Shown: positions 42,860-53,004 of the stretch, piece by piece
Numbering within the stretch: the stretch's first letter is position 1
How the letters are laid out: every line of letters begins with the position of its first letter
IMG/VR virus record: IMGVR_UViG_3300048672_001051
Coordinates: 124,001 to 188,000 of that record
Reading direction: 5' to 3' (one strand)
DNA length: 64,000 bases
Position numbers and translations under genes: made by a program
The notes under the pieces: generated by a model
The model's database searches: none
What the model was told of the DNA's origin: nothing
What the model saw: only the letters and a program-made list of their open reading frames with translations

Positions 42860-43450
42860 TTATGGTGCTAATGTTGTACTATCTAAGTGCAGTCCTGCTT
42901 TCAAAGCTTCCATGAAATCTACATCCATTCCAGGCGAATACTGAGATTTAATTTTGGATGCGACATAAGAGGTTCTAGGCTCTGCTAAACCAGTACCATA
43001 TTGATATTCCCGACTAAAGAAATCTCTTTGGCCATAGCTACCTAACTCAACACCATCATACTCCAAATCGCAGTCTACTTTTTTACAATACAAGCCTATG
43101 CTTCTAAAAAAAATCAAAGCATCTTCTTGTATATTTCTAGTTGTAGGTCCAATTGTACACAACTCTAATTTTAAAAAAATCTTTTGATGTGTCTCATCTT
43201 CTACGTCATTTCTAACACAAGGAGTTAGAGCCATGTAAGCTCCATCTTCAAGTTTAGGTAGTAGACTAAAGAATGACTGTTCGGCACTACCAACATAATA
43301 TTGATTTGTTGGTGGATAAGCTTTAGAAATTCCTTCAAAGCTTAAATCAATAAATTCTTTATCAATGATATATGGCACTGATAATGCTTTATAACCTAAA
43401 CTTTGATAAAAATTTATTGCAGCAGTCAAGTAAGGTAAGGATATCATCAT
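42860..43450 (-). CDS. Minimal class II aminoacyl-tRNA synthetase-like catalytic domain
   Basis: Motif 2-like TPCVRND...HQKIFLKLEL; ELGSYG; motif 3-like GTGLAEPR; ATGATGA overlap with upstream gene. Confidence 0.65.
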   Translation of the reverse strand: MMISLPYLTAAINFYQSLGYKALSVPYIIDKEFIDLSFEGISKAYPPTNQYYVGSAEQSFFSLLPKLEDGAYMALTPCVRNDVEDETHQKIFLKLELCTIGPTTRNIQEDALIFFRSIGLYCKKVDCDLEYDGVELGSYGQRDFFSREYQYGTGLAEPRTSYVASKIKSQYSPGMDVDFMEALKAGLHLDSTTLAP

Positions 43451-44043
43451 AGCGTAAATCTCTGTAAATGATACATTGGAAGTTTTTCGCAATTATCTAG
43501 AAAGCTTAACTCTAATTTAGATTCATGAATAACTCTAAAAACACTGAAATCATGTGAATTTTGAACAGCAAGTTTATCAATAATTTCAAGATCATTTGTA
43601 AAATACATTTTAGAATTAATTACAGGAGTACCTTTAAGAATCTCTAAAATAGCATTTTTTGAAAAAATTGTCTGATCATTTGAATTAGGGACTGAGTTTT
43701 CTGTAACATAGTAAGTTATGTTACCAATAACTACTACATGACAATTATTCTGGCAAACAATATATTCACCATTATCTATCAGATACTCAAATAAGTTAAA
43801 ACAAGGTCTTGAACCTGTTTCAAATACTTCTTTAGTTTTACTAGCCATTATGTCTAGATCTTTGACAGTTAAGCCTAATTTAAATGCTTCTGATTTTATA
43901 CATAAAAATAAATCAGACAACTCTGTAGCTGCCATTATTTTATTTTTATGACTAAGCGCATCAATATATTCTAAAAATTCTTCATAAATTTTAAAAGGTG
44001 ATGTGTGCGGAACTTTTGGAATTTCAAGTGTATGATAAGACAT
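43447..44043 (-). CDS. MazG-like nucleotide pyrophosphohydrolase with C-terminal extension
   Basis: KIYEEFLEYIDA...ATELSDLF. Confidence 0.65.
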   Translation of the reverse strand: MSYHTLEIPKVPHTSPFKIYEEFLEYIDALSHKNKIMAATELSDLFLCIKSEAFKLGLTVKDLDIMASKTKEVFETGSRPCFNLFEYLIDNGEYIVCQNNCHVVVIGNITYYVTENSVPNSNDQTIFSKNAILEILKGTPVINSKMYFTNDLEIIDKLAVQNSHDFSVFRVIHESKLELSFLDNCEKLPMYHLQRFTL

Positions 44044-44081
44044 ATTTAAATATTTCTCTAAATTATAATACTTAAATGCTT

Positions 44082-44546
44082 TTATAAATATCTAAGATTG
44101 TGTATAGGTACAACTTCACCTGCAATGTAAAAAATTGAAGAGTATCTTTGTCCAGAATTTACATTTGAAATTCGTGCAGTAGATCCGTGTAATAAGCCAT
44201 TTTTAAAAAATCCTTCAGGTACAGTTGAATTATAAGCTCTGCGGCTATTTTTAAAATTACCGAACATACGTCTATTTGAAAGGTAAAAAGAATCTTTAAA
44301 TGTTGCAACAGTTGATTCATAATCAGTAACACACTTACAAGATTTTGGGATATTAGGATACGTATTATAAAAAACAACTTGATTATAAAAATATTTTAAA
44401 ATATTTTCAAATTGAAGTAGTCTGTTAGTTTTTAATAAAAATTTTAAAATTTTTATTTTTTCAATTAAAGGATACCTTGAAGTCATCCTGTGAGAATTAT
44501 TTAAAATAAATGTGTAATATTCTTCAGCTTCACTTCTTTTTAACAT
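44082..44546 (-). CDS. LRxL-array paralog 1
   Basis: LHG...YIAG...LRYL. Confidence 0.8.
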   Translation of the reverse strand: MLKRSEAEEYYTFILNNSHRMTSRYPLIEKIKILKFLLKTNRLLQFENILKYFYNQVVFYNTYPNIPKSCKCVTDYESTVATFKDSFYLSNRRMFGNFKNSRRAYNSTVPEGFFKNGLLHGSTARISNVNSGQRYSSIFYIAGEVVPIHNLRYL

Positions 44547-44547
44547 A

Positions 44548-44934
44548 TTATAAATCTCTTAGTTGTAAATATTTTGGTAATTCTTCATCATTAATGATAA
44601 AAGAAACTAAACTAGTAGCCATATCTTTAAAAGCTCCGTGAAGTTCATAGCTCTCTAAAAAATACATTTTATTTTGATAAGCATGTTGAAAGCCACTAAC
44701 TTGTAAACCAATTTTATTTAATTTAGAAGTTAAATAGTATGAGTTATATCTACTCTTACAAAAACCTGACGGAATTTTAAGAGAACCTTTTCGACAATAA
44801 ATATCATGAAGTATCGCTCTAAAATACGCATTAAAATCTTTAGGGTTTTCCATTGTAATTAGATGTTCGTACTGGCTTTTATTAAACTCTTTAAGGTTTA
44901 ATAAAAAATCTATATATTCTTTTGTATATATCAT
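44548..44934 (-). CDS. LRxL-array paralog 2
   Basis: LHG...LRDL. Confidence 0.8.
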   Translation of the reverse strand: MIYTKEYIDFLLNLKEFNKSQYEHLITMENPKDFNAYFRAILHDIYCRKGSLKIPSGFCKSRYNSYYLTSKLNKIGLQVSGFQHAYQNKMYFLESYELHGAFKDMATSLVSFIINDEELPKYLQLRDL

Positions 44935-44951
44935 ACTTTAAACCTGTAACT

Positions 44952-45305
44952 TTATAAATGTGCTAAATTTGTTATATTTAAAACTAGTCGTTTATTTATA
45001 TAAAAAGAATATTTTTTAGTATATTTTTCAAAGTAGCAGCCGTGTTGATTCCCACAAGTTAAAAAAGAATTTACATATAAACTTTTAGAAATTCCGAAAA
45101 TATAATTTTCGGAATGTTGATAAAATTCAACATTTCTCCATTTAGCAAAACCTGCTTTTTTAAAATGTTTTCTTAAATCTTTAAATAAATTAAGCCTGTA
45201 GAAACTATAACGCATTAAAATATCAAAATCTACACAAGAACCTACTTTAGCAGTTTTTATCAGGTCAGTATACAAATCAGTTAAGTATCTTTCGTTCATA
45301 CTCAT
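44952..45305 (-). CDS. LRxL-array paralog 3
   Basis: QHG...YIN...LAHL. Confidence 0.8.
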   Translation of the reverse strand: MSMNERYLTDLYTDLIKTAKVGSCVDFDILMRYSFYRLNLFKDLRKHFKKAGFAKWRNVEFYQHSENYIFGISKSLYVNSFLTCGNQHGCYFEKYTKKYSFYINKRLVLNITNLAHL

Positions 45306-45306
45306 A

Positions 45307-45708
45307 TTAAAGCTCTCTTAAATTTGAAATTTTTAATCTTTGATTATTTATTGCAAAATGTGTTTTTTGATATTCTGATGCAACTGCGCCCAAGAATCTG
45401 TTAGCCACAACAAAGCCAGTTCTCCTTGTAGTGCTAGTACAAAGACCTATTGCGTCACATTTAGTGGTTAAAAAACCTGACAGGCCAGAATCACTTTTAA
45501 ATTTACCAGCTAAAGGTTGTTTATAATCCCAAGCAATTGTTCGATTACCAGTTGTTTTGTTAAGATAAACTATAGACCGAGCATACTCCCAAAACATTTT
45601 TTTACTTTTAATTCCTAAAAAATATTTATTATTAAAGTACTTTTTATCCCAATTTTTTGTAACAAATTTACTAGCTTCTGGGTCGTGTTGCCAATCAAAT
45701 GTTTGCAT
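45307..45708 (-). CDS. LRxL-array paralog 4
   Basis: KMFWEYAR...LREL. Confidence 0.8.
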   Translation of the reverse strand: MQTFDWQHDPEASKFVTKNWDKKYFNNKYFLGIKSKKMFWEYARSIVYLNKTTGNRTIAWDYKQPLAGKFKSDSGLSGFLTTKCDAIGLCTSTTRRTGFVVANRFLGAVASEYQKTHFAINNQRLKISNLREL

Positions 45709-46106
45709 TATAAGTATCTCAAGTTAGTAATTGGTTTTTTGTATCCAGCTATGTAGTGCGTCAGCTGAGCGTTATAAACCTCTGCACCATGTTGTGCTGA
45801 ACTATTTAGATGGTACTTAATTCTATCACCACGAACTGATTTGACTAAACCAATTGTTTTTGCCTTAGCTGTAATAATATAGCTAATATCTGAGTTAGGT
45901 GAATACGCAATTCCACCTATATTATAAAAAATATCTAACAGATCATATCTTAGCATGTCTCTAACAAGAGAATAAAATTCTTTAGAATTTTTATTTCTAG
46001 TTGTATTTTTAAAAATTCCTATTAGTTGTGGAGTTACTTTTGAACAAGCACTAAAGCCATCTAAAATTTCTTGCGGTGTTGAATTATTAAAATCAATTTT
46101 TTTCAT
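45708..46106 (-). CDS. LRxL-array paralog 5
   Basis: QHG...YIAG...LRYL. Confidence 0.8.
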   Translation of the reverse strand: MKKIDFNNSTPQEILDGFSACSKVTPQLIGIFKNTTRNKNSKEFYSLVRDMLRYDLLDIFYNIGGIAYSPNSDISYIITAKAKTIGLVKSVRGDRIKYHLNSSAQHGAEVYNAQLTHYIAGYKKPITNLRYL

Positions 46107-46483
46107 AAATGTCTCAAATGTGTAGCTGCTACACGTTCACCATCAATATAAAGTTTTAAAGAATTTGCGACAGCACCATGACGGATGTCGTTAGCATAAA
46201 ATATTCTTAAATCGCCTTCCTCGAAAATCCCAAGCATGCCACTATTTTTTAAATAATAATTACAACCGTAAGTACTTCGTATAAAGCCATTTTTTAATTT
46301 AGCTAGTAACCTATGATTAAATAGAGAAGGGTATACTTGAATCGTATTTCTCAAGAATCCCCAAAAATATTTAGGATTTTTTTCGTATGAATATTTTATC
46401 AAATATTTATAATAAAGATTGGAAGTTCCTAAATGTTTTTTTATAAGTTTAATAGCATCAAAAACATCTTTAATTTCATGCAT
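46103..46483 (-). CDS. LRxL-array paralog 6
   Basis: KYFWGFLR...RHG...LRHL. Confidence 0.8.
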   Translation of the reverse strand: MHEIKDVFDAIKLIKKHLGTSNLYYKYLIKYSYEKNPKYFWGFLRNTIQVYPSLFNHRLLAKLKNGFIRSTYGCNYYLKNSGMLGIFEEGDLRIFYANDIRHGAVANSLKLYIDGERVAATHLRHL

Positions 46484-46484
46484 A

Positions 46485-46922
46485 TTACAAATACCTTAAA
46501 TGTGTACAGGATACAACTTGATCAGCAATATTAAAATAAGTTTCTACGTAAGAGTGATATGTGTCTGTCGCGTCGTCATAATCTTCTCCGCTGTAAATAG
46601 TAGCTCCATGCTCCCCAACTGAAGACTTAAACCACTGCGAATCTGAAGTGGTAATTAAGCCTCTGGTGCTATTGTGGTAAGAACTGTAGTAGTGTGTTGG
46701 TGGAGAATGTGTAGACTTGAGTGGATCATAACTCTCAGCCGGTCCAGAACTTACTGTTATAGTTTCGTTTTTAAATGTTCTTCTAATTTTTAAATATCTA
46801 ACATACCGCCAAAATGATTTTAGATCTTTTTCTAATAATAATTTTTCAAGCATTATTACTTCATGCTGATAATTTTTAATTGAGCTAAGCTCTTTAAGTA
46901 TTTCAAGAGGTGTACTATACAT
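46485..46922 (-). CDS. LRxL-array paralog 7
   Basis: KSFWRYVRY...EHG...LRYL. Confidence 0.8.
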   Translation of the reverse strand: MYSTPLEILKELSSIKNYQHEVIMLEKLLLEKDLKSFWRYVRYLKIRRTFKNETITVSSGPAESYDPLKSTHSPPTHYYSSYHNSTRGLITTSDSQWFKSSVGEHGATIYSGEDYDDATDTYHSYVETYFNIADQVVSCTHLRYL

Positions 46923-46942
46923 TATAAATCTCTAAATTTTAA

Positions 46943-47353
46943 TTACAAGTATCTTAAAGATGCCGTATCAATAGGTCTGTTGTTAATCCAAAAGCGTTTT
47001 GTTCTGTTAGGTTCATATAAACTCCCATGCACAGAACAACGTTCTTTGCAGAAATATTTCCTTTTTGTAGGTGATAAGTGAAAACCAATCAGTTCAAGAT
47101 TTTTTTTACGATAATAGATTTCACTATTAAAGTCTAAGCTGTTGACATATTTACCAGCACCTAACTCTTTTTTAAATTTTTTTAAAAATTTAGAATTCTG
47201 GGAGTTATAATTTTCTAAAAAATGCCTAATTCTTGGAATAATATTTTTTAAATCTGTAGAATTTTCAATTTTAATATTATTAAAATAATTAAAAAAAACA
47301 GTTTGTTCAGAAATTTTTTTAACAAATTTTCTAAATTTTTTTTCGGTTAACAT
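46943..47353 (-). CDS. LRxL-array paralog 8
   Basis: VHG...WIN...LRYL. Confidence 0.8.
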   Translation of the reverse strand: MLTEKKFRKFVKKISEQTVFFNYFNNIKIENSTDLKNIIPRIRHFLENYNSQNSKFLKKFKKELGAGKYVNSLDFNSEIYYRKKNLELIGFHLSPTKRKYFCKERCSVHGSLYEPNRTKRFWINNRPIDTASLRYL

Positions 47354-47370
47354 TATAAAGTCCTTAGTAG

Positions 47371-47772
47371 CTACAAACTTCTTAAAGAAGTTATTAATGT
47401 TTGGTGCCCATTTAGATATAAAGATATATCATTAAAATGTTTAGAAGCGCCGTGTTGTTTAGTATCTAGTAAAAAATACATATATTGCTTATTTTGAAAT
47501 ACTAATTTATGTCTACGATTTGGTGGACCTATAGTGTAAATAGCATAAGTAATTTTATTAACTTTTAAATATACGCTACAAACATAACCAAAACTGCTGT
47601 TAAAATTTGGTAATTTAATATACTTTCTTGATGCTAAAAATCTAACATAAGCCCAAAAGTCTTTAAGATTACCATTACTACTTAAAGACAGCATATAATT
47701 TGTTCTACTTCCAAGAGTATATTTATCAATTTCATTTAGTACAGTTTGAATTTTATTCATATTACAATTCAC
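47371..47772 (-). CDS. LRxL-array paralog 9
   Basis: KDFWAYVRF...QHG...LRSL. Confidence 0.8.
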   Translation of the reverse strand: MNCNMNKIQTVLNEIDKYTLGSRTNYMLSLSSNGNLKDFWAYVRFLASRKYIKLPNFNSSFGYVCSVYLKVNKITYAIYTIGPPNRRHKLVFQNKQYMYFLLDTKQHGASKHFNDISLYLNGHQTLITSLRSL

Positions 47773-48187
47773 TTAATTTTAAATTTGAAATATGTTTATC
47801 ATTAACATAAATTAGATAAGAAGTAGTACCAATCTGCGCCATACCGTGAGACTCATCCTGTTTTTTATAAGTTTTTTGATTTGACATACTAAGTAAACCA
47901 AAAGTATTGTCAGAACTATTAACATAACCTACAACTTTTAAGCTGTGCGGTGCTATAAGGTGTCCAGCAATTTTTAATTCTAAATCTTCTAGATTAAAAA
48001 AAGTGTAACGTTTATAAAATCGCAGAGTACCAAAAAATTTCATTAAATTTTTATAATTATTTAATGAAATTTTTTTCAAAGATATCAAAGCATTTGTTGC
48101 AAAGTATGAACTAACTACAGAATTTTGCTCTGCAATAGCCTCTATTTCACCTAATATTTGTAAACATGAATCTTTAGTTTCTAGCAT
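47762..48187 (-). CDS. LRxL-array paralog 10
   Basis: SHG...YVN...LSEL. Confidence 0.8.
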   Translation of the reverse strand: MLETKDSCLQILGEIEAIAEQNSVVSSYFATNALISLKKISLNNYKNLMKFFGTLRFYKRYTFFNLEDLELKIAGHLIAPHSLKVVGYVNSSDNTFGLLSMSNQKTYKKQDESHGMAQIGTTSYLIYVNDKHISNLKLSEL

Positions 48188-48202
48188 AATTTGTAATAAT
48201 CC

Positions 48203-48583
48203 TTAAAGATTTCTTAATGTTCTATATGCAGGTACCCTACAGCCTTCAAAATAGAAGGTTGTTATATTACCTGTCTTAGAGCAGCCGTGTATAACATTTT
48301 TAGAATAAAAATTAACTCTAATAAAAGATACTGAAAAACCTACACAACTATTATTACTTGTTAGGTAGTAACTTACTGTATTATCTGTTGAAATTATAGC
48401 ACCATAGCTTTTAGAGCACAGGTACATCTCAAATAAGCCTCTAGATATTTTTTTTAAATAGCGCACTTTAGCCCAAAAATACTTATATTCACCAGCATCT
48501 AAATGTTTTTTTAAAGTTTGGATACTCTTATCTTCGTATATATCTAAATCTATTATATATTTCAAAACATCTTGTGGGGTCAT
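48203..48583 (-). CDS. LRxL-array paralog 11
   Basis: KYFWAKVRY...IHG...LRNL. Confidence 0.8.
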   Translation of the reverse strand: MTPQDVLKYIIDLDIYEDKSIQTLKKHLDAGEYKYFWAKVRYLKKISRGLFEMYLCSKSYGAIISTDNTVSYYLTSNNSCVGFSVSFIRVNFYSKNVIHGCSKTGNITTFYFEGCRVPAYRTLRNL

Positions 48584-49065
48584 AAGTCTCTCAATCTTAA
48601 GTTTTTTGGGGCGTAGCAGTCTGGTTTAAATAAAAATTTAAATTTTATAGACTGGGCTTCGTATACAGTACCGTGTGACCCAGTAAATTTTGTTTGAAAA
48701 TGTTTAGAATATGTATGCACTACTAACCCTACGTTGTTTAAATTTTTACCATTTGCGTAATAACTACAGTTTTCTTTATAATAATATCCAGACATATTTA
48801 AATTAAGTCTAAAATAGGTTGGAAGTTGATAATTTATATATCTTGCATACCCCCAAAATTTTTTAAAATCTTTGTCCATAAAAAATTTTAAAAGTTTATC
48901 GTATTTTGCGCTTGATACCGTGTCTAGTGCATAAAAATATTGCAAAACTTTTAAAGGATTAACAATAACTGTGTAGTTAAAGCTTTTATAAAAAAGCATT
49001 AAAGTTTTTGTAGAATTATCATATATCTTAATATTTAAAATATAGTTTATAAGCTTATTAAACAT
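48580..49065 (-). CDS. LRxL-array paralog 12
   Basis: KKFWGYARY...SHG...LRDL; start uncertain. Confidence 0.8.
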   Translation of the reverse strand: MFNKLINYILNIKIYDNSTKTLMLFYKSFNYTVIVNPLKVLQYFYALDTVSSAKYDKLLKFFMDKDFKKFWGYARYINYQLPTYFRLNLNMSGYYYKENCSYYANGKNLNNVGLVVHTYSKHFQTKFTGSHGTVYEAQSIKFKFLFKPDCYAPKNLRLRDL

Positions 49066-49067
49066 AG

Positions 49068-49466
49068 TTATAAGTACCTTAAATTTGAAATATGTATAAG
49101 GTCACCGTCTAGATAATAAGCTACCTCAGAGGAGTTGTGCTGATATGTGCCGTGCCTTGAAGAGTTTTTTAAAAAATAATTAAAATAATATTTATTGCTT
49201 TTAACTAAGCCAATTAAATCTCTAGCTGTATTTATAGTGTATAGTGCGTTTTCACCCGGAGTGTTTGCACTCCCCGCTACATTATAAAAGTTAGTTAATT
49301 CATAAAAATGTACTATATATCTTAAATATTTTAAAGCTTCGTTAAACATTAAATTTTTAATATAGTCTTCAGCAGTTTTTATATGACTAAAGTGTATCTG
49401 AGGTATTTGTTTTAAAATTTTTAAAATCTGCTGAGGTTTTAAATTATTAAAATCTGTTGTAATCAT
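49068..49466 (-). CDS. LRxL-array paralog 13
   Basis: RHG...YLDG...LRYL. Confidence 0.8.
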   Translation of the reverse strand: MITTDFNNLKPQQILKILKQIPQIHFSHIKTAEDYIKNLMFNEALKYLRYIVHFYELTNFYNVAGSANTPGENALYTINTARDLIGLVKSNKYYFNYFLKNSSRHGTYQHNSSEVAYYLDGDLIHISNLRYL

Positions 49467-49834
49467 AAATTCCTTAAACCTGTATACGGTATTTTTTTAC
49501 CCATCAGATATAACCTTGTATTCTTGCGATCAACATCATCTTTAAAACTTCCATGTTGCATATTATTACTTGTAAAATATTTTAAATATTTATATTCTAA
49601 ATAGCCGACTTTATAAAAATCCTTAGAAGTGCCTATAAAAAAAGTATGCCAATTATTAATATCTCTAGTTTGACCGGTTTTAAATTTGCCTAGGTTTAGA
49701 TGAGGAATTAAATAATATCTAGCGCGCTCCCAAAATAATTTAATATCATTTGTAAGGTAAATTTTATTCAGTGCATTAAAAATTGAAGCATATTTTAAAT
49801 ATTCTAAAACTTTTTCTGGTGTGTCGTAAATCAT
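49463..49834 (-). CDS. LRxL-array paralog 14
   Basis: KLFWERARY...QHG...LRNL. Confidence 0.8.
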   Translation of the reverse strand: MIYDTPEKVLEYLKYASIFNALNKIYLTNDIKLFWERARYYLIPHLNLGKFKTGQTRDINNWHTFFIGTSKDFYKVGYLEYKYLKYFTSNNMQHGSFKDDVDRKNTRLYLMGKKIPYTGLRNL

Positions 49835-49846
49835 TTTATAAGCCTA

Positions 49847-50278
49847 TTAAAGATTTCTTAAAGTAGTTTTTAAACTTAACTTTTGTCCATAAATATAGTG
49901 AAAAGCTGAAGTAATTTTATAATATTCAAAAATGTTGATATCAAAAAATTGTCCATGAGGCAAACTTGCAGTGTAGTAACCTTTTTTTGTAGCCCTTTTA
50001 TAAAGTCCAAATCTTTCTGAGTTATTTTTAATATAATAGTTTGGTGCGTCATTATAGTCGAACGCTACATAACCTTTAGCAGTATGTGAATTTAAAAATT
50101 TTGCATCTAAGCGCCAACGCATAGTGTTAATATATCTAATATTATTCCAAAAATTATTTAAATCATCGTTAATAATATTTGTAACTAATTTTTCATAAGT
50201 TTTATTATTAAGATTATTTTTTATATATTTTAAAATATCAAATATTTCTCGAGCTTCTTCAACACTTACTTTACCCAT
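49847..50278 (-). CDS. LRxL-array paralog 15
   Basis: NNFWNNIRY...PHG...LRNL. Confidence 0.8.
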   Translation of the reverse strand: MGKVSVEEAREIFDILKYIKNNLNNKTYEKLVTNIINDDLNNFWNNIRYINTMRWRLDAKFLNSHTAKGYVAFDYNDAPNYYIKNNSERFGLYKRATKKGYYTASLPHGQFFDINIFEYYKITSAFHYIYGQKLSLKTTLRNL

Positions 50279-50279
50279 A

Positions 50280-50669
50280 TTATAATTCCTTTAAAGCTAC
50301 ATTTAAAATATTATTGTTAACCAACAACTCGTAACGTCGCCTATTTAGTTTTGTTGTTGCAGGTAAAACTCTACCATTCATAAAAGTTTTATGACTGCGG
50401 TTGGCTATTACGAGGCCAACTTTTAAGTTATTACTTTTTATGTAAAAAGTGCTTAACATACTATGAGTTATAACAAAAGCTTTACCGATGTTGTAAATAC
50501 CTAAATCAATTTTTAATTTATAATAGGATTTTATTCCACGCGCAAACATCCAAAATAACTTATCGTTTTTAGATAACAATTCACGTCTTAGCTTATAAAA
50601 TTCTAAATAAACTTGAGAATGATTTCTTAAAAGTTCATCCATAAATTCTTCAGGTGTGTCAAAAACCAT
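50280..50669 (-). CDS. LRxL-array paralog 16
   Basis: KLFWMFAR...LKEL. Confidence 0.8.
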   Translation of the reverse strand: MVFDTPEEFMDELLRNHSQVYLEFYKLRRELLSKNDKLFWMFARGIKSYYKLKIDLGIYNIGKAFVITHSMLSTFYIKSNNLKVGLVIANRSHKTFMNGRVLPATTKLNRRRYELLVNNNILNVALKEL

Positions 50670-50681
50670 TGCATAATGCTC

Positions 50682-51068
50682 CTATATATATCTTAAATTA
50701 TTTACATTCAAATTTGAACCATTAATAAAATATACACCTGAAACTTTACTAAATCCGTTTAGCATGTTTTTATTATAAAAAGAACTCGAAGAATCACGGT
50801 TGTGTAGTCCAAATTTTACAAAATTTTTTTTAAAATAGTAAAAATTTCTAAAAGAGTTGCTTGCAAAACGTCCGGTAGATATTTTAGAATTTTTACTGAC
50901 AGGTTCTAAATCTAAAATACAGTTATTAGTATATCGGATAATTTCCCAAAACTTTTTATAATCACCTTCGTTAATACTATTTAATAATCTTACACAGAAA
51001 GAGTCTTTAGCGCCTAAATTATTTTCAATATATTTAACTATATTAAATATTTCTACAACTTCAGTCAT
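50682..51068 (-). CDS. LRxL-array paralog 17
   Basis: KKFWEIIRY...FING...LRYI. Confidence 0.8.
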   Translation of the reverse strand: MTEVVEIFNIVKYIENNLGAKDSFCVRLLNSINEGDYKKFWEIIRYTNNCILDLEPVSKNSKISTGRFASNSFRNFYYFKKNFVKFGLHNRDSSSSFYNKNMLNGFSKVSGVYFINGSNLNVNNLRYI

Positions 51069-51070
51069 AA

Positions 51071-51445
51071 CTACAAATCTCTTAATTTTAAAAATTTTGG
51101 TAAAGGTTTATTATCAATAATAAACCTACCCCTAGTATTTTGTCCGTGATAGCAGTCATTTTTAAAATATTGTACTTTACGGTCATTATAATGTTTTCCA
51201 AATCTCTGTCGACGACTGTTTACATAAAATTTATCGTTAAATAAACTGTATTTTGCAAAACCAGCTTTACGTTTATCGGATAAAATTTTTAACTCTTGAG
51301 TAAATTCAATATGTCTACAAATTTTCCAAAAATCTTCTAAAGATTTTTGGAAAATAACTTCAAGAATTTTTTTAAGACCGGGAGATTTATTACCCAAGCT
51401 TTTTTGAAATTCTTTATATGTTTGAAATATTTCTTCATGATCCAT
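51071..51445 (-). CDS. LRxL-array paralog 18
   Basis: EDFWKICRH...YHG...LRDL. Confidence 0.8.
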   Translation of the reverse strand: MDHEEIFQTYKEFQKSLGNKSPGLKKILEVIFQKSLEDFWKICRHIEFTQELKILSDKRKAGFAKYSLFNDKFYVNSRRQRFGKHYNDRKVQYFKNDCYHGQNTRGRFIIDNKPLPKFLKLRDL

Positions 51446-51446
51446 T

Positions 51447-51872
51447 TTATATATACCTTAAGTTTTTTACAGATAGAGGTCGGCCATTAATAATAATTCC
51501 AGTTTCACTGCTAGTACCATGATACTGACTATTATTAAAAAAATTTAATTCGCCATTCCAGTTATCAAAACCTAAAATACAATGGTCTTTAACATAATTA
51601 GTTACAGTTAAAGTTTTACCAGAAATAGCTTTACCAGTAGGATATTTATTAAATATCCTACTTAGGTTTAGCTCTTCATTTAAATTTAAATTTAAATAAA
51701 TATGTCTAACTACACACCAAAACAAATTTATATTTGGAGGTTCAGCCAAAAGGCTTAGTCTTAATACTTCAACACTAACTTGTGTATCATAAGCTAAAGA
51801 ATCGTAACAGTTATCTTCAGCTATAAGATTATTAATATAGTTTAAAAATTCTTCACATTCTAATATGTCCAT
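51447..51872 (-). CDS. LRxL-array paralog 19
   Basis: LFWCVVRH...YHGT...LRYI. Confidence 0.8.
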   Translation of the reverse strand: MDILECEEFLNYINNLIAEDNCYDSLAYDTQVSVEVLRLSLLAEPPNINLFWCVVRHIYLNLNLNEELNLSRIFNKYPTGKAISGKTLTVTNYVKDHCILGFDNWNGELNFFNNSQYHGTSSETGIIINGRPLSVKNLRYI

Positions 51873-52279
51873 TATAAATACCTTAAGTTAGTAACATTGC
51901 ACGCGACAGCATTTACATAAAATCTTCTTGTGTGTTGACAATAACCGTGAACTTTACCTAAAAATCTAGCGCGGTACAAATAGCCTGATACTCCTGGGAG
52001 CCGAATAACGCCAAAAACTATAGAATTACTATTTACGTAAATTTTAAGGTCTTCAGCATGTCGGTTACAGACTCCAGCTTCATATTCATATAGTGTAAAA
52101 GTAAAATTACATAAATATTTAAAGTATCTTGCAACTTCCCAAAATCTTTTGAAAGACTTTTTAATTAAAAGATTTTCCAAATATTCATAATCACGGTGGC
52201 TTAAGTGTATAAATCTTTCTAAAACTTCAGTTGCTTTTTGAAACTCACTCATTCTTATAAATACCTTAAATTTGAACAT
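51872..52279 (-). CDS. LRxL-array paralog 20
   Basis: KRFWEVARY...VHGY...LRYL; likely start MSEFQ. Confidence 0.8.
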   Translation of the reverse strand: MFKFKVFIRMSEFQKATEVLERFIHLSHRDYEYLENLLIKKSFKRFWEVARYFKYLCNFTFTLYEYEAGVCNRHAEDLKIYVNSNSIVFGVIRLPGVSGYLYRARFLGKVHGYCQHTRRFYVNAVACNVTNLRYL

Positions 52280-52638
52280 TGAATATAAATATTTTTTATA
52301 TAAAATTCAGGGTTAGTCAGACTGCCTGAGCAGCCATGTAAAGTATCATTCACGTGAAATTGCTTTTTTTCGCAGTAGTTGTGTCGCCCAATTCTTTTAA
52401 AATTACTGTTAAAATAACAAAATTTTTTGTCTGTTAAATCTAGACTATATCCACTATTATATTTTCCAAAAGATACGTCGTACCTAAAACCGTGCTTAAT
52501 ATAACGAGCTACACTCCAAAATTTTTTTAAGTCTCCAGTTATTAAAATATTATTTAAAGTTTTTAATATACGTGTTGGGTACTTAAGTGTAGCCATATGG
52601 TCTATTATTACGTTTGGATCTTCAATAACTTGTAACAT
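52255..52638 (-). CDS. LRxL-array paralog 21
   Basis: KKFWSVARY...LHG...LRYL. Confidence 0.8.
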   Translation of the reverse strand: MLQVIEDPNVIIDHMATLKYPTRILKTLNNILITGDLKKFWSVARYIKHGFRYDVSFGKYNSGYSLDLTDKKFCYFNSNFKRIGRHNYCEKKQFHVNDTLHGCSGSLTNPEFYIKNIYIQCSNLRYL

Positions 52639-52639
52639 T

Positions 52640-53002
52640 TTAAAGCTCTCTTAATTTTAAATCGTAAATTGGCTTACCGTTAATTTTGAAACCTAAATAA
52701 CCTGTGCCATGCAATTTATCTTTATTTACAAACAAATGTCCAATTAAACATTTGTTTAGACCTACTCGCTCACTTTTTGAATTTACGTAAAAAGTTATTT
52801 GACTACTCATATTTTGTGAAAAACCAGAAGTGTGTGAATTTAACTTTAAGTGTGGACACAGACCTTTTAAAAACCTTGCATATATCCAAAAAAATTTAGT
52901 ATCACAACTTTTAACAATAGCTTTTAAATTTTTAAAAATAGTGTCATTAGACTCAAACTTAATTTCGTTTAAAAAAGTTAATATTTCTAATTCTTGATTC
53001 AT
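52640..53002 (-). CDS. LRxL-array paralog 22
   Basis: KFFWIYARF...LHGT...LREL. Confidence 0.8.
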   Translation of the reverse strand: MNQELEILTFLNEIKFESNDTIFKNLKAIVKSCDTKFFWIYARFLKGLCPHLKLNSHTSGFSQNMSSQITFYVNSKSERVGLNKCLIGHLFVNKDKLHGTGYLGFKINGKPIYDLKLREL

Positions 53003-53004
53003 GC

